Source: a virus
Virus record (IMG/VR): IMGVR_UViG_3300025324_000001
Coordinates: 1-62,754 of that record
Reading direction: 5' to 3' (one strand)
Length of the DNA stretch: 62,754 nt
Positions 37,581-46,583 of this stretch are shown in pieces (positions within the stretch are counted from its first letter, which is position 1; every line of letters begins with the position of its first letter). The translations under genes and the position numbers were made by a program. Under the pieces are notes generated by a model. It did no database searches, had not been told where the DNA came from, and saw nothing but the letters and a program-made list of their open reading frames with translations.

Positions 37581-38695
37581 TTCATTTGCTCCTTCTCTCG
37601 TTGCGTCAGGCCATCAGTTGAAGGCCTGCTATATGTATTGAGGATTCCTTCCCAGTCTGAGCCATCGTCCATTGCGACACATGCTGCCTGCATTGGGCAC
37701 ATGTAGTCGCAGTCTTTGGTGGCATTTGAATAGAGCGGCAGATCGGGATTTGCGATGTCTTCCAGCTCGAGAATGACCTTCTGTTCAAATGCCTCGAGCT
37801 GTTTCTGATTGCGTTCGATCCGGTGGCGGACAACAAACTTGTCCTGGTCTTCGTCTTCCACCTGCCGAAACTTGTTCAGAGTAATGATGTTTGCCTTCGG
37901 TGCGAGTTCGACGACGCCATACATGTCGCGGAGCATCTTAGCATATAGCGACGCGGATGTCGACTGCCTCGTATCAGTCGACACGAGACCTGAGGTAAGA
38001 ATCTTAGGGAGAGTAGGAATATTCTTACGGAATTGCTGGTAGACTACACCAGCAACTATCACACCGTATAGTCTCCAAGCAGCCCAGCAGTAGGCTGTAA
38101 TCTGCTCGTCGACGTCGAAGTGATAGATACGAATCTGTTTGGCGGTCTTGTACTCGACGATCCAGAGCCGATCCCAATCGTCGACTACTACTCGGTCTAA
38201 AGTGAAGCCATATAGAACTCGCCGGTCGTCTGGAGTGCGAACCCCAAGATCGATTGAGCCGTTAACTTCGACTTGCGGAATGCCGTCTACTTCGTATGTC
38301 GTCAAAGGTGGACGGCACGAGAGCCATTCGTCGGCGTAGTACGACATGATCGCGATACCGAGATTCAAATGTTCCTGCCAAGTTCCTGGCAGCATCTCAG
38401 CTCGTTTGCTCGCCTCAACAAAAGCGACAAAGGCCTTAGCTGGATGCCCGTAGAGGTTGAGACCATGAAAGTCTTCGAGAGCGAAGTGAATACCCGTTCC
38501 GAACCATAGGTAATCTGCTTGCTCTCGGATTGAGCGTCCTTGACGGAGATGAGACATCCACCCCCACAGACGACGACAGCGCTTGAAAAGAATCCTGTCG
38601 CTCGTTCGAAGAATGAACGGTGACTTGTCCTCACGTAAGTAGGATCGGAGGTGCTCCAGACTAACTGTCTGGACGGGGACTTTCTGGACTTGCAC
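37433..38695 (-). CDS. PD-(D/E)XK exonuclease (Cas4/RecB-like) with a C-terminal Cys cluster
   Basis: DRLWIVEYKTAKQ nuclease motif and CDYMCPMQAAC. GTG start after aaggggg. Confidence 0.7.
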   Translation of the reverse strand: MQVQKVPVQTVSLEHLRSYLREDKSPFILRTSDRILFKRCRRLWGWMSHLRQGRSIREQADYLWFGTGIHFALEDFHGLNLYGHPAKAFVAFVEASKRAEMLPGTWQEHLNLGIAIMSYYADEWLSCRPPLTTYEVDGIPQVEVNGSIDLGVRTPDDRRVLYGFTLDRVVVDDWDRLWIVEYKTAKQIRIYHFDVDEQITAYCWAAWRLYGVIVAGVVYQQFRKNIPTLPKILTSGLVSTDTRQSTSASLYAKMLRDMYGVVELAPKANIITLNKFRQVEDEDQDKFVVRHRIERNQKQLEAFEQKVILELEDIANPDLPLYSNATKDCDYMCPMQAACVAMDDGSDWEGILNTYSRPSTDGLTQREKEQMKWRTHLPEPREVQLPPEGVQYQQLLGQLLEEQETHLPPEQVFLEEIGLA

Positions 38696-38768
38696 TTAAC
38701 CCCCTTGTGTTGTTTGCCTTAAGAGGCGCGGCGAGCTGACTCGAACCGCTTTACTATTCAATGATCCT

Positions 38769-38814
38769 ATTATATAGGCAACAAAAGACTGGTCACAAGT
38801 AGGAGACCATCAAA
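38769..38814 (-). promoter_or_regulatory. Sigma70-like promoter P4 (TTGTGA-18-TATAAT) with an inverted TTTGATGGTCTC box upstream
   Basis: Minus strand reads TTTGATGGTCTCctacTTGTGAccagtcttttgttgcctaTATAATaggatcattgaatagta. Confidence 0.6.
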
Positions 38815-38836
38815 TTCCTGGCAAAACAGTAACTAG

Positions 38837-39196
38837 TTAGGATAGTTCGACAACTTCCACGTCGGCTCCACTGGAGAGCCACATACCAGCTACGTGACGA
38901 TGACAAAAGCTACCGGGAGAGCAGTAACAGAGAAGTACAGCTCGATCCGGAAGTGCATCCACTACTTGCTGAGGAGACTTGTTACGCTCCTTAAGCAACT
39001 GTAAATAAGCTTCAGTATACTGCGCTGAAGTTATCCGTCCAGACTTAACAGCTCGTACGATACCCCAGACAGGAGCAAGATCCTTGCAGTGTAGCATCTT
39101 CGGAGCCCACGCAGGACGCGCTACCGTAATCGCAACTGCAAGTGGATGTCTGGCATACCTAGCAAAGTACGAAGTGAAGAGTTGTTTTCTAGCCAC
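38837..39196 (-). CDS. DUF488-family protein
   Basis: LFTSYFARY...LAP...LLCYC...FCHRHVAG pattern. GTG start 2 nt after the helicase stop. Confidence 0.6.
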   Translation of the reverse strand: MARKQLFTSYFARYARHPLAVAITVARPAWAPKMLHCKDLAPVWGIVRAVKSGRITSAQYTEAYLQLLKERNKSPQQVVDALPDRAVLLCYCSPGSFCHRHVAGMWLSSGADVEVVELS

Positions 39197-39197
39197 G

Positions 39198-40631
39198 CTA
39201 AACCTCGAACGAACGCTTTGGTACGATGGTCTCATAGTCCTTTCCGTAGCCTATGAGAAACTGACTAACGTCTGCAATCTTACCTTCTACTACATGCTCC
39301 ACATCATTATAGCGAGAGCCTTCCGGCACGATGTATCTGACAAGACACGGATCCTGAACTATCGAGTCCATTCTGCGCAGACGGCCTTCTGCTTGGTAGT
39401 TATTGTTCGGATCCCAATCGAAGCCGAGCATATATGCGGTTTCGGTTGTATCTAGCTCAAACGCCTGAGCAAACTGAATCGTGCAGAGACAGACGCCCTG
39501 GCTCTTCTTCCATGCCTCGATAATCCGATTGATCTCTTCAGGTTGTGTCCCTCCTTTCAGAATGAAAACCTTACCAGTAGGGTATCCGTCTTTGATGAGT
39601 GCATCTCGTACGACAGTAAGACCTTCACGGAAAGGGCAGAATACTACTGTGTGCGGATCGTCTGAAATCTTGTCGACTAACCAGTCAACAACCGCACCAG
39701 GCTCTGCGCCAGGCAACAGGATGCGAGGCGAAACGGCCATCTGAAGTTGCCGAGTAAGCAATGCTAGAGAGTTAGGAGTTACGACTCTCTGATCGCCAAG
39801 CTCAGCAATCATGTGACGATCTAGATCCTCAATGAGCTTGGTCTGTTGTTTGGACATCGGAACGCGCTCCGCACGCCGGATCACAGGATCTTTATCAGCA
39901 TTCGGGCCTTCACGAAACTGGTTGCCGACCTGCTTCCAAGTTCTAGCCCTGTAATAGCGTTGAAAGAGCATTGCACGGAGTTGTTCTGCATTTTTAACCC
40001 CAAATATCTCCGTACCGAAAGATGTCTGTTCGACATGGCACCAAGTATTGACGAAACGCCAATAACTGGAGAAGGTCTGGTGGTTCACAAGATTAAGCAC
40101 GGGAAAGCAATCTTGGGGGCCTCTGCTAGCCCAGGTAGCGGAGAGTCCGAGGTAGTGGTCGAAGTCCAGCCGCTTAAACGCCTTCCATGTCTGATTACGA
40201 GTTCGCATCACACGATGCAGCTCGTCGTTGATCAGTAGATCGAACCGGGGCTTTCCCCTCTCTACCTGGCGCATACAGTAGAGAAAACTCTGGTTGGTCA
40301 TCATATATACGCCAGTACGAGCTCCAAGAGCCTGCTTCCAAAGAGGATCTGACATTCCTTGAACAAAGTTTGGCACTACACCGGCCCATTTGCTTAGTAG
40401 TCGGATCCATACCGAGAGGCTAGCAAGAGTCCCAGTGATGAGAGCCTTCTGAGCATTGGGCCACATCGACCAAGCTAGCATCGAGATAAACGTCTTGCCC
40501 AGACCAGTCTTATGACCTAGTACTACCGAGTTGTTCGCTACCGCAAAGTTGGCGTCTTCAATCTGAAAGGCCTTAGCAACGTCCCAAGCCTTCTGGATGT
40601 CAGGTAGGAAAGGATTTACGGGACCAGTCAT
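39198..40631 (-). CDS. SNF2/DEAD-like (SF2) helicase
   Basis: GHKTGLGKT (motif I), LINDELH (motif II) and a C-terminal helicase domain. Confidence 0.75.
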   Translation of the reverse strand: MTGPVNPFLPDIQKAWDVAKAFQIEDANFAVANNSVVLGHKTGLGKTFISMLAWSMWPNAQKALITGTLASLSVWIRLLSKWAGVVPNFVQGMSDPLWKQALGARTGVYMMTNQSFLYCMRQVERGKPRFDLLINDELHRVMRTRNQTWKAFKRLDFDHYLGLSATWASRGPQDCFPVLNLVNHQTFSSYWRFVNTWCHVEQTSFGTEIFGVKNAEQLRAMLFQRYYRARTWKQVGNQFREGPNADKDPVIRRAERVPMSKQQTKLIEDLDRHMIAELGDQRVVTPNSLALLTRQLQMAVSPRILLPGAEPGAVVDWLVDKISDDPHTVVFCPFREGLTVVRDALIKDGYPTGKVFILKGGTQPEEINRIIEAWKKSQGVCLCTIQFAQAFELDTTETAYMLGFDWDPNNNYQAEGRLRRMDSIVQDPCLVRYIVPEGSRYNDVEHVVEGKIADVSQFLIGYGKDYETIVPKRSFEV

Positions 40632-40766
40632 TGAACTCCTTCAAGAGCTTACTCCAACGCCATATTGTTACCAAGTTGTTGTAGTTCCATCGGCATCTGA
40701 GTTGACGACGGATCCACCAGTGTAGCTTTCTAGGTAGTAAAACTCGTCGTATCTTGGTGCGTCGGA

Positions 40767-41411
40767 CTACGTGAGACCTTTTGCCGTTGGCCATTTATCT
40801 TCTCTGACGTATTTCGACCGCATCTTCTGGTAAGAACCTCCAAAGAACTCATCTGCTACCTGCGCCGCCGGGACGAGCTCCCCCGTCGTTGGATGCGGGA
40901 GGTAGATCGAGTTCCTCTTGTTGCGGGCCTGATGTTGCGACGTTGCCCATCTGACGTTACTCGGCTCGTAGTTGCCGTTCGAGTTCTTACGATCGAGCGA
41001 ATAGTCCTTAGACGGACGCTTGCCAACGTCCGTGAGAAATTGTCCGAAGCCTGTTTTTGGATCTGACCACTGCGGACAGACTTTGATACCGCGTCCACCA
41101 TAGTGCGGATAACCGACATGACTTTGCACGGTGCATCTCCGCAGCATGGAGTTCCAGATGTGATACTCCTCGGAGTGAAGAGTAGGCAACCCACGATTCT
41201 TGCATCCGCAGTGTCTCTTCGGGTTGTTCGTATGTAAGAGGTAGTCATGCCGGATTCCTATCTCGGTACCGCACGAGCACTTGCAGAGCCACATACGCTT
41301 CTTGCCGTGGCGATAGGGCAGGATTCTGAGAACGGTCAATTCCCCGAAGACCTGACCCTTGAGATTGAACATCCCACCATGGCCCTTAAGTCTCTCGAGA
41401 CGTGTGCTCAT
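40767..41411 (-). CDS. Zn-ribbon plus YGGRGI...LDR..SNGNYEPSNVRWAT module protein (AP2/HNH-associated DNA-binding family), possibly a free-standing mobile gene
   Basis: Contains GQVFGELTVL...WLCKCSCG...HCGC, then YHIWNSMLRRC...YGGRGIKVCPQW. Flanked by 135-nt and 60-nt spacers. Confidence 0.5.
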   Translation of the reverse strand: MSTRLERLKGHGGMFNLKGQVFGELTVLRILPYRHGKKRMWLCKCSCGTEIGIRHDYLLHTNNPKRHCGCKNRGLPTLHSEEYHIWNSMLRRCTVQSHVGYPHYGGRGIKVCPQWSDPKTGFGQFLTDVGKRPSKDYSLDRKNSNGNYEPSNVRWATSQHQARNKRNSIYLPHPTTGELVPAAQVADEFFGGSYQKMRSKYVREDKWPTAKGLT

Positions 41412-41471
41412 AACGGAGCCTCAACTCCTACGTGTTCTTTCCGGCCTGCACTATAGCCGTTAATGTCAGCG

Positions 41472-41987
41472 TCAGCGTGAGTGCGAAGCCCTTCGGCGCC
41501 GTTGGCTGTGCGCTCCATCATATGCATCATAGATGGTGTATTGCTTCGGAGTCTCCTTGCGGAACATCTCTTGGAGACCCTTCACTATCTTAGGTACCTC
41601 AACATCCAGGTAGTGCTCGATACTTGGATTCTTGCCTCGCGGAGGCCGATCATCCACTAGGACGCCGTAATGCGCAGCGTCGATGATAATGCCAGCACAA
41701 CAACGGATATAGCCCATATGAGCTACCCGCGTCTTGCTATCTTGGTTGTCGCCAGCAAGAAACTTGAAGAGGTGGCGATAGATTGCAGCGAGGTAAACGC
41801 TTGCCTTTACCCGCTTCATACGCCAGTTGTACCGGCCGTACTTCTGCGCACCTTCATACCATGCAAGAGCCTCCTCGATGACTGCCGTCTCAGGGATCAA
41901 CGATGCGTCCAGCTTTAATTGTGCGAGGAGATCCTTCGGGTTGACGAGGTTGAAGTACGGATCCTTCGGACGATGTGTTTTGCTCAT
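41472..41987 (-). CDS. DUF5664-like protein (dATP/dGTP diphosphohydrolase N-terminal-domain family, putative)
   Basis: Start refined to MSKTHRPKDP (ATGA overlap with ruvC). Contains GAQKYGRYNW...AAIYRHL. Confidence 0.45.
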   Translation of the reverse strand: MSKTHRPKDPYFNLVNPKDLLAQLKLDASLIPETAVIEEALAWYEGAQKYGRYNWRMKRVKASVYLAAIYRHLFKFLAGDNQDSKTRVAHMGYIRCCAGIIIDAAHYGVLVDDRPPRGKNPSIEHYLDVEVPKIVKGLQEMFRKETPKQYTIYDAYDGAHSQRRRRASHSR

Positions 41988-42481
41988 GACCTTCCCCTTG
42001 GTTGGTGAACCTTCGCTACACTGAACAGAAGGTAGTAGCATGCATGCCGAATTGCATCACGCGCATGCTTCTGACCCTCCTGGTAGACGCCCCACGAACG
42101 AAGCTTGTCGTCCGTGCAAAATCCCTTAGCTTGTTGCGCCATCTGCTTGACTAGAGACACCTCGTTCAACTGGTAGTAGCAGATATACTCTGTAGCTCCA
42201 ATCAGTCTGGGAGTATGTAAACCTGCCCATGCATGATCCTTCGCCTTCCAGCTGTACACCCGATAGTCTTCAATGACTACCACCAAATCCGGAGTGCGAT
42301 AAGTTCGGATGTACTTCCAGACTTCCCAAGCAGCTTGAGGCATCAAACCCGTCGTAAGCTGCCGCGCATCAAGGAGGTCAGGACCTTCGAATACACAGGC
42401 TCCAGTAGTTTCACCTGGATCGAGCGCAAGAACTCGCTGCTTCGAGTCCTTGAGAGCCTCCCTAAGGAGGTTGCTGGACAT
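41984..42481 (-). CDS. ruvC: RuvC-like Holliday junction resolvase
   Basis: VLALDPGETTGA catalytic motif; 165 aa. Confidence 0.7.
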   Translation of the reverse strand: MSSNLLREALKDSKQRVLALDPGETTGACVFEGPDLLDARQLTTGLMPQAAWEVWKYIRTYRTPDLVVVIEDYRVYSWKAKDHAWAGLHTPRLIGATEYICYYQLNEVSLVKQMAQQAKGFCTDDKLRSWGVYQEGQKHARDAIRHACYYLLFSVAKVHQPRGRS

Positions 42482-42523
42482 AAAAAGCGTAGAGCGTCTA
42501 GGAGATCATCCTAGACGCTCTAC
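42482..42523 (-). terminator. Strong rho-independent terminator (14-bp stem plus T5) ending exactly at the ruvC ATG
   Basis: Minus strand reads gtagagcgtctagg-atgatct-cctagacgctctac-gctttttATG. Confidence 0.8.
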
Positions 42524-42583
42524 GGAGATCGAGCACCGTGCAGGGGGTGACGGCGCTCGGTCGGAGGCAATTCGCGCCTGGAG

Positions 42584-42832
42584 TTACTTCGCCGGCGCAA
42601 CAGCGGGGGCTGCTTCCTTCTTCGGCTTGGTTGCCGCGAAGACGATCTGGTACGGAACGCCGAGTTCTTTGGCGATCTCGCCCCGCTTCGCGCCTTCCGC
42701 GTAGCGCCTCTTGATGTAGTCGACGCGGCGTTCGCCGGAATCGAGCACGATCGCTGCGCCGATCTTCTTCGCGGCGGGCTGGGGCTGGACTTGCGGCTTC
42801 TGGGGCTGGACTTGCGGTTTCTGTGCGGCCAT
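42584..42832 (-). CDS. Small HTH DNA-binding protein, paralog 3 (82 aa) with PQ-repeat and AKP-rich tails
   Basis: RBS aaaggagacagtcATG. Contains KPQVQPQKPQVQPQP, GEIAKELGVPYQIVFAAT and a C-terminal KKEAAPAVAPAK. Confidence 0.65.
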   Translation of the reverse strand: MAAQKPQVQPQKPQVQPQPAAKKIGAAIVLDSGERRVDYIKRRYAEGAKRGEIAKELGVPYQIVFAATKPKKEAAPAVAPAK

Positions 42833-42864
42833 GACTGTCTCCTTTACTGGTTGAAGTTGTGACA

Positions 42865-42887
42865 ATCGTCGCTAGCTTAGCAACGAT
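42865..42887. promoter_or_regulatory. Near-perfect 10-bp inverted repeat containing GCTAGC (operator candidate) in the P5 leader
   Basis: atcgtcgcta-gct-tagcaacgat (one mismatch), between the -10 and the RBS of HTH paralog 3. Confidence 0.4.
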
Positions 42888-42893
42888 ATCCGA

Positions 42894-42940
42894 ATTATAG
42901 AGCATTTTTCAGACCCTTTCAACGGGTTTTTGATGGTCTC
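42894..42940 (-). promoter_or_regulatory. Sigma70-like promoter P5 (TTGAAA-17-TATAAT) with upstream GAGACCATCAAA box
   Basis: Minus strand reads GAGACCATCAAAaacccgTTGAAAgggtctgaaaaatgctcTATAATtcgg. Confidence 0.6.
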
Positions 42941-45437
42941 AGCTGTTGAGTTTGATGTGCATAAGACGGTACGCGTCTCTATTACCGTACTTCGTTGGTA
43001 CCTCTACAAACCCAGCAACGCTTTCTACCATGTACTTATGACTTTTGACGTAGCGGCTGAGTTTCCGAGCATTCGTGAGAATGGTATTGTCGAGAAAGTC
43101 GTCCTTCGATTGCGACCATGCAGCAACATCGTGTAAGGTGAAGATCTTTTTCGGGTTGTTCTGAAAGAAGGCAAGATTCTCGATATTGAAGTCCTTGAGG
43201 CCCTCCATAGTCCAGTCATACTCGCTGACTTGAGCTTCTGCAACGCCCGCTAAAGTAGCTCCGACCAACTCAGCGTCAGGTACGCCAGTAATCGACCCAA
43301 TGAGTCTGAACATCTGCTCAAAATGAGCGAGGCGGTGTCCGCTCTTATAGTTCGGATTCCAGGCTCCCTGGCTAGCGCGCCGGAAGAACATGTGGAGTAC
43401 TGCCAAGTGATGAGCTAGCCACCCTATACGGCCCCCAAAAGCTTTCAGGGCAGCTCCTGCCCAATCCGAGCTATGGTCCTTGCCAATTGCCTGTACCTCG
43501 ACAATTAGACTCCGTTGGAGTATATCGGCGTTAAGAAATGGCTGCTGAATCGCAGTCATTGCGAATACATTCCGAACGGGGATTCTGTAATTGTCCGAAG
43601 TGGTAAAGAGCTTCCGCATCTCGATAAAGGGTGTAGGCTCTGTCACAATGCGACAGATTTCATCACTTAGTCGTTGTCGGAGTTCCTTGTTCACCATGTG
43701 AACGTTGTCCACTACGTGAAGGCCGTCTGCCGACGTAATAGACGCGTACCAATCTCGGACGTCGGTTGGCTGGTTGCGAAGAGCTGGTCTTCCATTGAGC
43801 ACCTGAAGCCTAAGGGAATATAGAGATGACTTTCCTGAACCAGGCTCTCCGACCATCAGTTCGACTGGAAGTTGTGCGCCATTCCATCTTAAGAGCCACG
43901 GGCTCATGTAATGTAGACATGACAGTACCTTCGCATCGTTTTCTCGGGTGAATTTCATCTGGCTTAGAACTTTAGGCCAGTACAACTCCTCGAACTTAGG
44001 TTTTCGCTCCAGCCATGCAATCTGCCTCTTAACCTCGTCCCTCAAAGCTTTATGATCGATTGGTTCGACCTGATCAGCACGAAATAGAAGGCCCTCGGTA
44101 CCGTTCTCGCAGACGATAAAGGGCAGCTTCGGATCTGCCGATATAATGGCAAAATGACCGTCGTCGAGCTGGAATGCCAGCCTATTGTTAGGCAAGAGAG
44201 CCAACGTACTACGAGGCTCAACAAACGAGACTGGTTCCTCTCCTGTGAAGCCAGCAGCAATCCACTGAGTGATCTTGAGATCAGCCTGTCCTACGTCGTA
44301 GTTCTTGTACAGATACTGTCCAAATTTAGACTCATGCAGAGGCTCGCTATGGTGCTGTAAGAGATTGACGGGCATTAGAACCTTCGACCGAGAGTCGAAG
44401 TAATAGGGAGTACCAGAACTCTTTTCGACCATCCGTGCGCCGTGACGATCCATATCCGTGAGGATCATCAGGCTAAGCTCTTTAGCCTCCGTACGGGACA
44501 TCATCCCAGTAATACGCTTATTGACAAGGCTCTTTAAGTTTGGGTGCGCTGGGAACGCAGTCTTCGCGGATACAACCTGCTCGAGTAATGCATCGAGCGC
44601 CTCAGCTCCAGCCGAGCCGAGAAAATCGTCGAGGCCGATCTTATTGCCGGGATTGGCAGGAAGATGAAGCTGTCTAATCCTACTAGTAGACACTCCTTGG
44701 ATCCTAAACTCGAACGCCAACTCAGCAGCAGCAGCTTCCACCTCGTTGTTGGCTGGATTGTCAGAATCGAACACAATAACGACCTGTAGGCCATTCTGCA
44801 GGATGAACCTCATCAAACCTTCAAGACCATTAGCTAAGAAAGCCCTCCTGTCAGAAGTTGGCGTGACAGTAGTTCCAGACTCCATCTTAGCAATGATCTG
44901 ATTGTCGCGGTTTTTCAGGAGTTGTGTACCCTCTGGCAGAATAACTGTACGACTTCTCCAGTTATATACACCTCCAACGGCGCAAGTCGGGAATCCGTTC
45001 AGGCACCCCGAGGCTGCTTTCTTTTCTCCCTCGGTTAGTATAATGACACCGGGATATCCATTGACTTTCGCCCGTGTTTTACCTTGGACAGTAGCTCTTG
45101 CCAAGCCTGCAAACGTTCTGGGAAAATATATCCAAGTGCCAGAGTTTTGTGGCTGCAGATACCGCGCGCCTCTAGGTAGTGGATGAAATAGCCTAACGCG
45201 ATAGAACGGAGCCCGATGCCCGTTGATATCGTAGTACGGAATCACATAGCCCGGAGTCCCTACATTAGGGCTATTGAGATAGAGGTGAGGTCTAATGCCG
45301 ACTGCTGCTAGTTCAGTCTCCTGAGCTAGATGTGCATCTAGGTCCGAGGCTTTGAGCCCGCTCTTCTTCAGATCCTCTTGCAGGAGCTGATCTGCGGATA
45401 CTGCGACTAGTTGCTGCTGCTGCACGCAATCCCCCAC
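42939..45437 (-). CDS. Bifunctional DNA primase/helicase (TOPRIM plus P-loop NTPase)
   Basis: TOPRIM: VIILTEGEKKA...VVIVFDSD. Walker A: GEPGSGKSS. 832 aa. The exact start is uncertain (GTG, weak RBS). Confidence 0.7.
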   Translation of the reverse strand: MGDCVQQQQLVAVSADQLLQEDLKKSGLKASDLDAHLAQETELAAVGIRPHLYLNSPNVGTPGYVIPYYDINGHRAPFYRVRLFHPLPRGARYLQPQNSGTWIYFPRTFAGLARATVQGKTRAKVNGYPGVIILTEGEKKAASGCLNGFPTCAVGGVYNWRSRTVILPEGTQLLKNRDNQIIAKMESGTTVTPTSDRRAFLANGLEGLMRFILQNGLQVVIVFDSDNPANNEVEAAAAELAFEFRIQGVSTSRIRQLHLPANPGNKIGLDDFLGSAGAEALDALLEQVVSAKTAFPAHPNLKSLVNKRITGMMSRTEAKELSLMILTDMDRHGARMVEKSSGTPYYFDSRSKVLMPVNLLQHHSEPLHESKFGQYLYKNYDVGQADLKITQWIAAGFTGEEPVSFVEPRSTLALLPNNRLAFQLDDGHFAIISADPKLPFIVCENGTEGLLFRADQVEPIDHKALRDEVKRQIAWLERKPKFEELYWPKVLSQMKFTRENDAKVLSCLHYMSPWLLRWNGAQLPVELMVGEPGSGKSSLYSLRLQVLNGRPALRNQPTDVRDWYASITSADGLHVVDNVHMVNKELRQRLSDEICRIVTEPTPFIEMRKLFTTSDNYRIPVRNVFAMTAIQQPFLNADILQRSLIVEVQAIGKDHSSDWAGAALKAFGGRIGWLAHHLAVLHMFFRRASQGAWNPNYKSGHRLAHFEQMFRLIGSITGVPDAELVGATLAGVAEAQVSEYDWTMEGLKDFNIENLAFFQNNPKKIFTLHDVAAWSQSKDDFLDNTILTNARKLSRYVKSHKYMVESVAGFVEVPTKYGNRDAYRLMHIKLNS

Positions 45438-45500
45438 TGCGCTGTACTACCGTTATAGCCAATCGATTACCGGCATAACATAAACGGCTAGTACTTGTCA

Positions 45501-45530
45501 ATTATATAGTAGTCCCTTAAGGAACTACAA
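45501..45530 (-). promoter_or_regulatory. Sigma70-like promoter P6 (TTGTAG-18-TATAAT) upstream of primase/helicase
   Basis: Minus strand reads ccgTTGTAGttccttaagggactactaTATAATtgac. Confidence 0.5.
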
Positions 45531-45555
45531 CGGGAATTCGATGTGACGATCCAAC

Positions 45556-46206
45556 CTATCCTTCAACCGGAACTACCCCTAGAACCTTCCTTGCAGTCTG
45601 CCAGAGATGCATCCTATCATCGAATCCTCTCAGCGCGCGGTTGATCTTTCTGGTGAGATGCCTAAAGTCTATCGGGTTATCACCATCTGCTAAGGAGTTG
45701 AGCTCATTCTCGTCCCAGTAGTCGCACGAAGTACGGACTGCCCATTCCGGTTGGAGAATGAGATCCGGTTCGCTCAGGAAGTAGTTAGCATTCTGCACGA
45801 GTCTCTTTCCGCGCATTAGGTAATTGCGCTGGAGAGTAACCTGGATGAGGCCACGGCCACGATACTTCCAACCATCGCCCGAAGCCTCGTCTCCGTTCCC
45901 TCCTTTGTTGGCGTAAACCCGATTTGCGATCCGCTGAGGCTTATAGGCGAATTCCTTTGCACTCTCCGAGGAGAAGTAGTCCGGGAAGGTGCGCATGAGT
46001 CCATTCGCAGAGTAGTTCAGATTCTCCTCGATGCGGGTGAGTCTTGTGCTCTCGTGCCCAATCTGAGCAACGAACGGTGCTTGTCGTACAGGAGTATTGA
46101 TCTCGAACCTCTCAAACGCCTCGTTCATAAACTCGAGGTACTTATCGACTACATGCGCACACTCCGGCATGATCTGAATCATCTGCTCTTTTGTAACTGT
46201 GTTCAT
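45556..46206 (-). CDS. Endolysin, glycoside hydrolase family 19 (chitinase-like)
   Basis: AQIGHESTRLTRIEENLNYS and YRGRGLIQVT motifs. Confidence 0.75.
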   Translation of the reverse strand: MNTVTKEQMIQIMPECAHVVDKYLEFMNEAFERFEINTPVRQAPFVAQIGHESTRLTRIEENLNYSANGLMRTFPDYFSSESAKEFAYKPQRIANRVYANKGGNGDEASGDGWKYRGRGLIQVTLQRNYLMRGKRLVQNANYFLSEPDLILQPEWAVRTSCDYWDENELNSLADGDNPIDFRHLTRKINRALRGFDDRMHLWQTARKVLGVVPVEG

Positions 46207-46580
46207 ACTACCTCCTTCTGCTCTGGACTCGAACTCGAACTTTCAGGATACTCCAGTAAATCGACCGTCTTACCTCTCAATGCATGAAGTGAGTCCCCGC
46301 AGAACTCAATTCTTCCCCTACGAATGAAGTAGTGGCAGGTTGTGATCTCTGGACCTTCCGGAATCCAACTCGTACCAACCCACTTACCGCGAGTTGTGTA
46401 GCAGCGGATGCTCGGACTGAAAGTGGGAGAGGTCTGATCTCCATCGAACGCCCAACGAGCCTTTGTACTGGGATGAGGCTGCTCAACAAAGATGCTGTGA
46501 GGTCCTCCACAACCAGAACACCAGTGCATCCAGCCCATAGGCTTACCGTCCTTATCGACGATCTGTTGGAGTTTAGCCAT
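46203..46580 (-). CDS. Cys/His-rich conserved phage protein (DUF6527-like; family name recalled with uncertainty)
   Basis: WCSGCGGPH...PTFSPSI...CHYFIRRGRIEFCGDSLHAL. Confidence 0.45.
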   Translation of the reverse strand: MAKLQQIVDKDGKPMGWMHWCSGCGGPHSIFVEQPHPSTKARWAFDGDQTSPTFSPSIRCYTTRGKWVGTSWIPEGPEITTCHYFIRRGRIEFCGDSLHALRGKTVDLLEYPESSSSSPEQKEVV

Positions 46581-46583
46581 ATG

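Noticed and set aside
40600-40794. 64-aa Arg/Trp-rich ORF bridging the helicase start and the AP2/HNH-like gene end.
   Set aside because: It overlaps both flanking genes, has implausible composition and has no RBS. I treat the 135-nt gap as non-coding.
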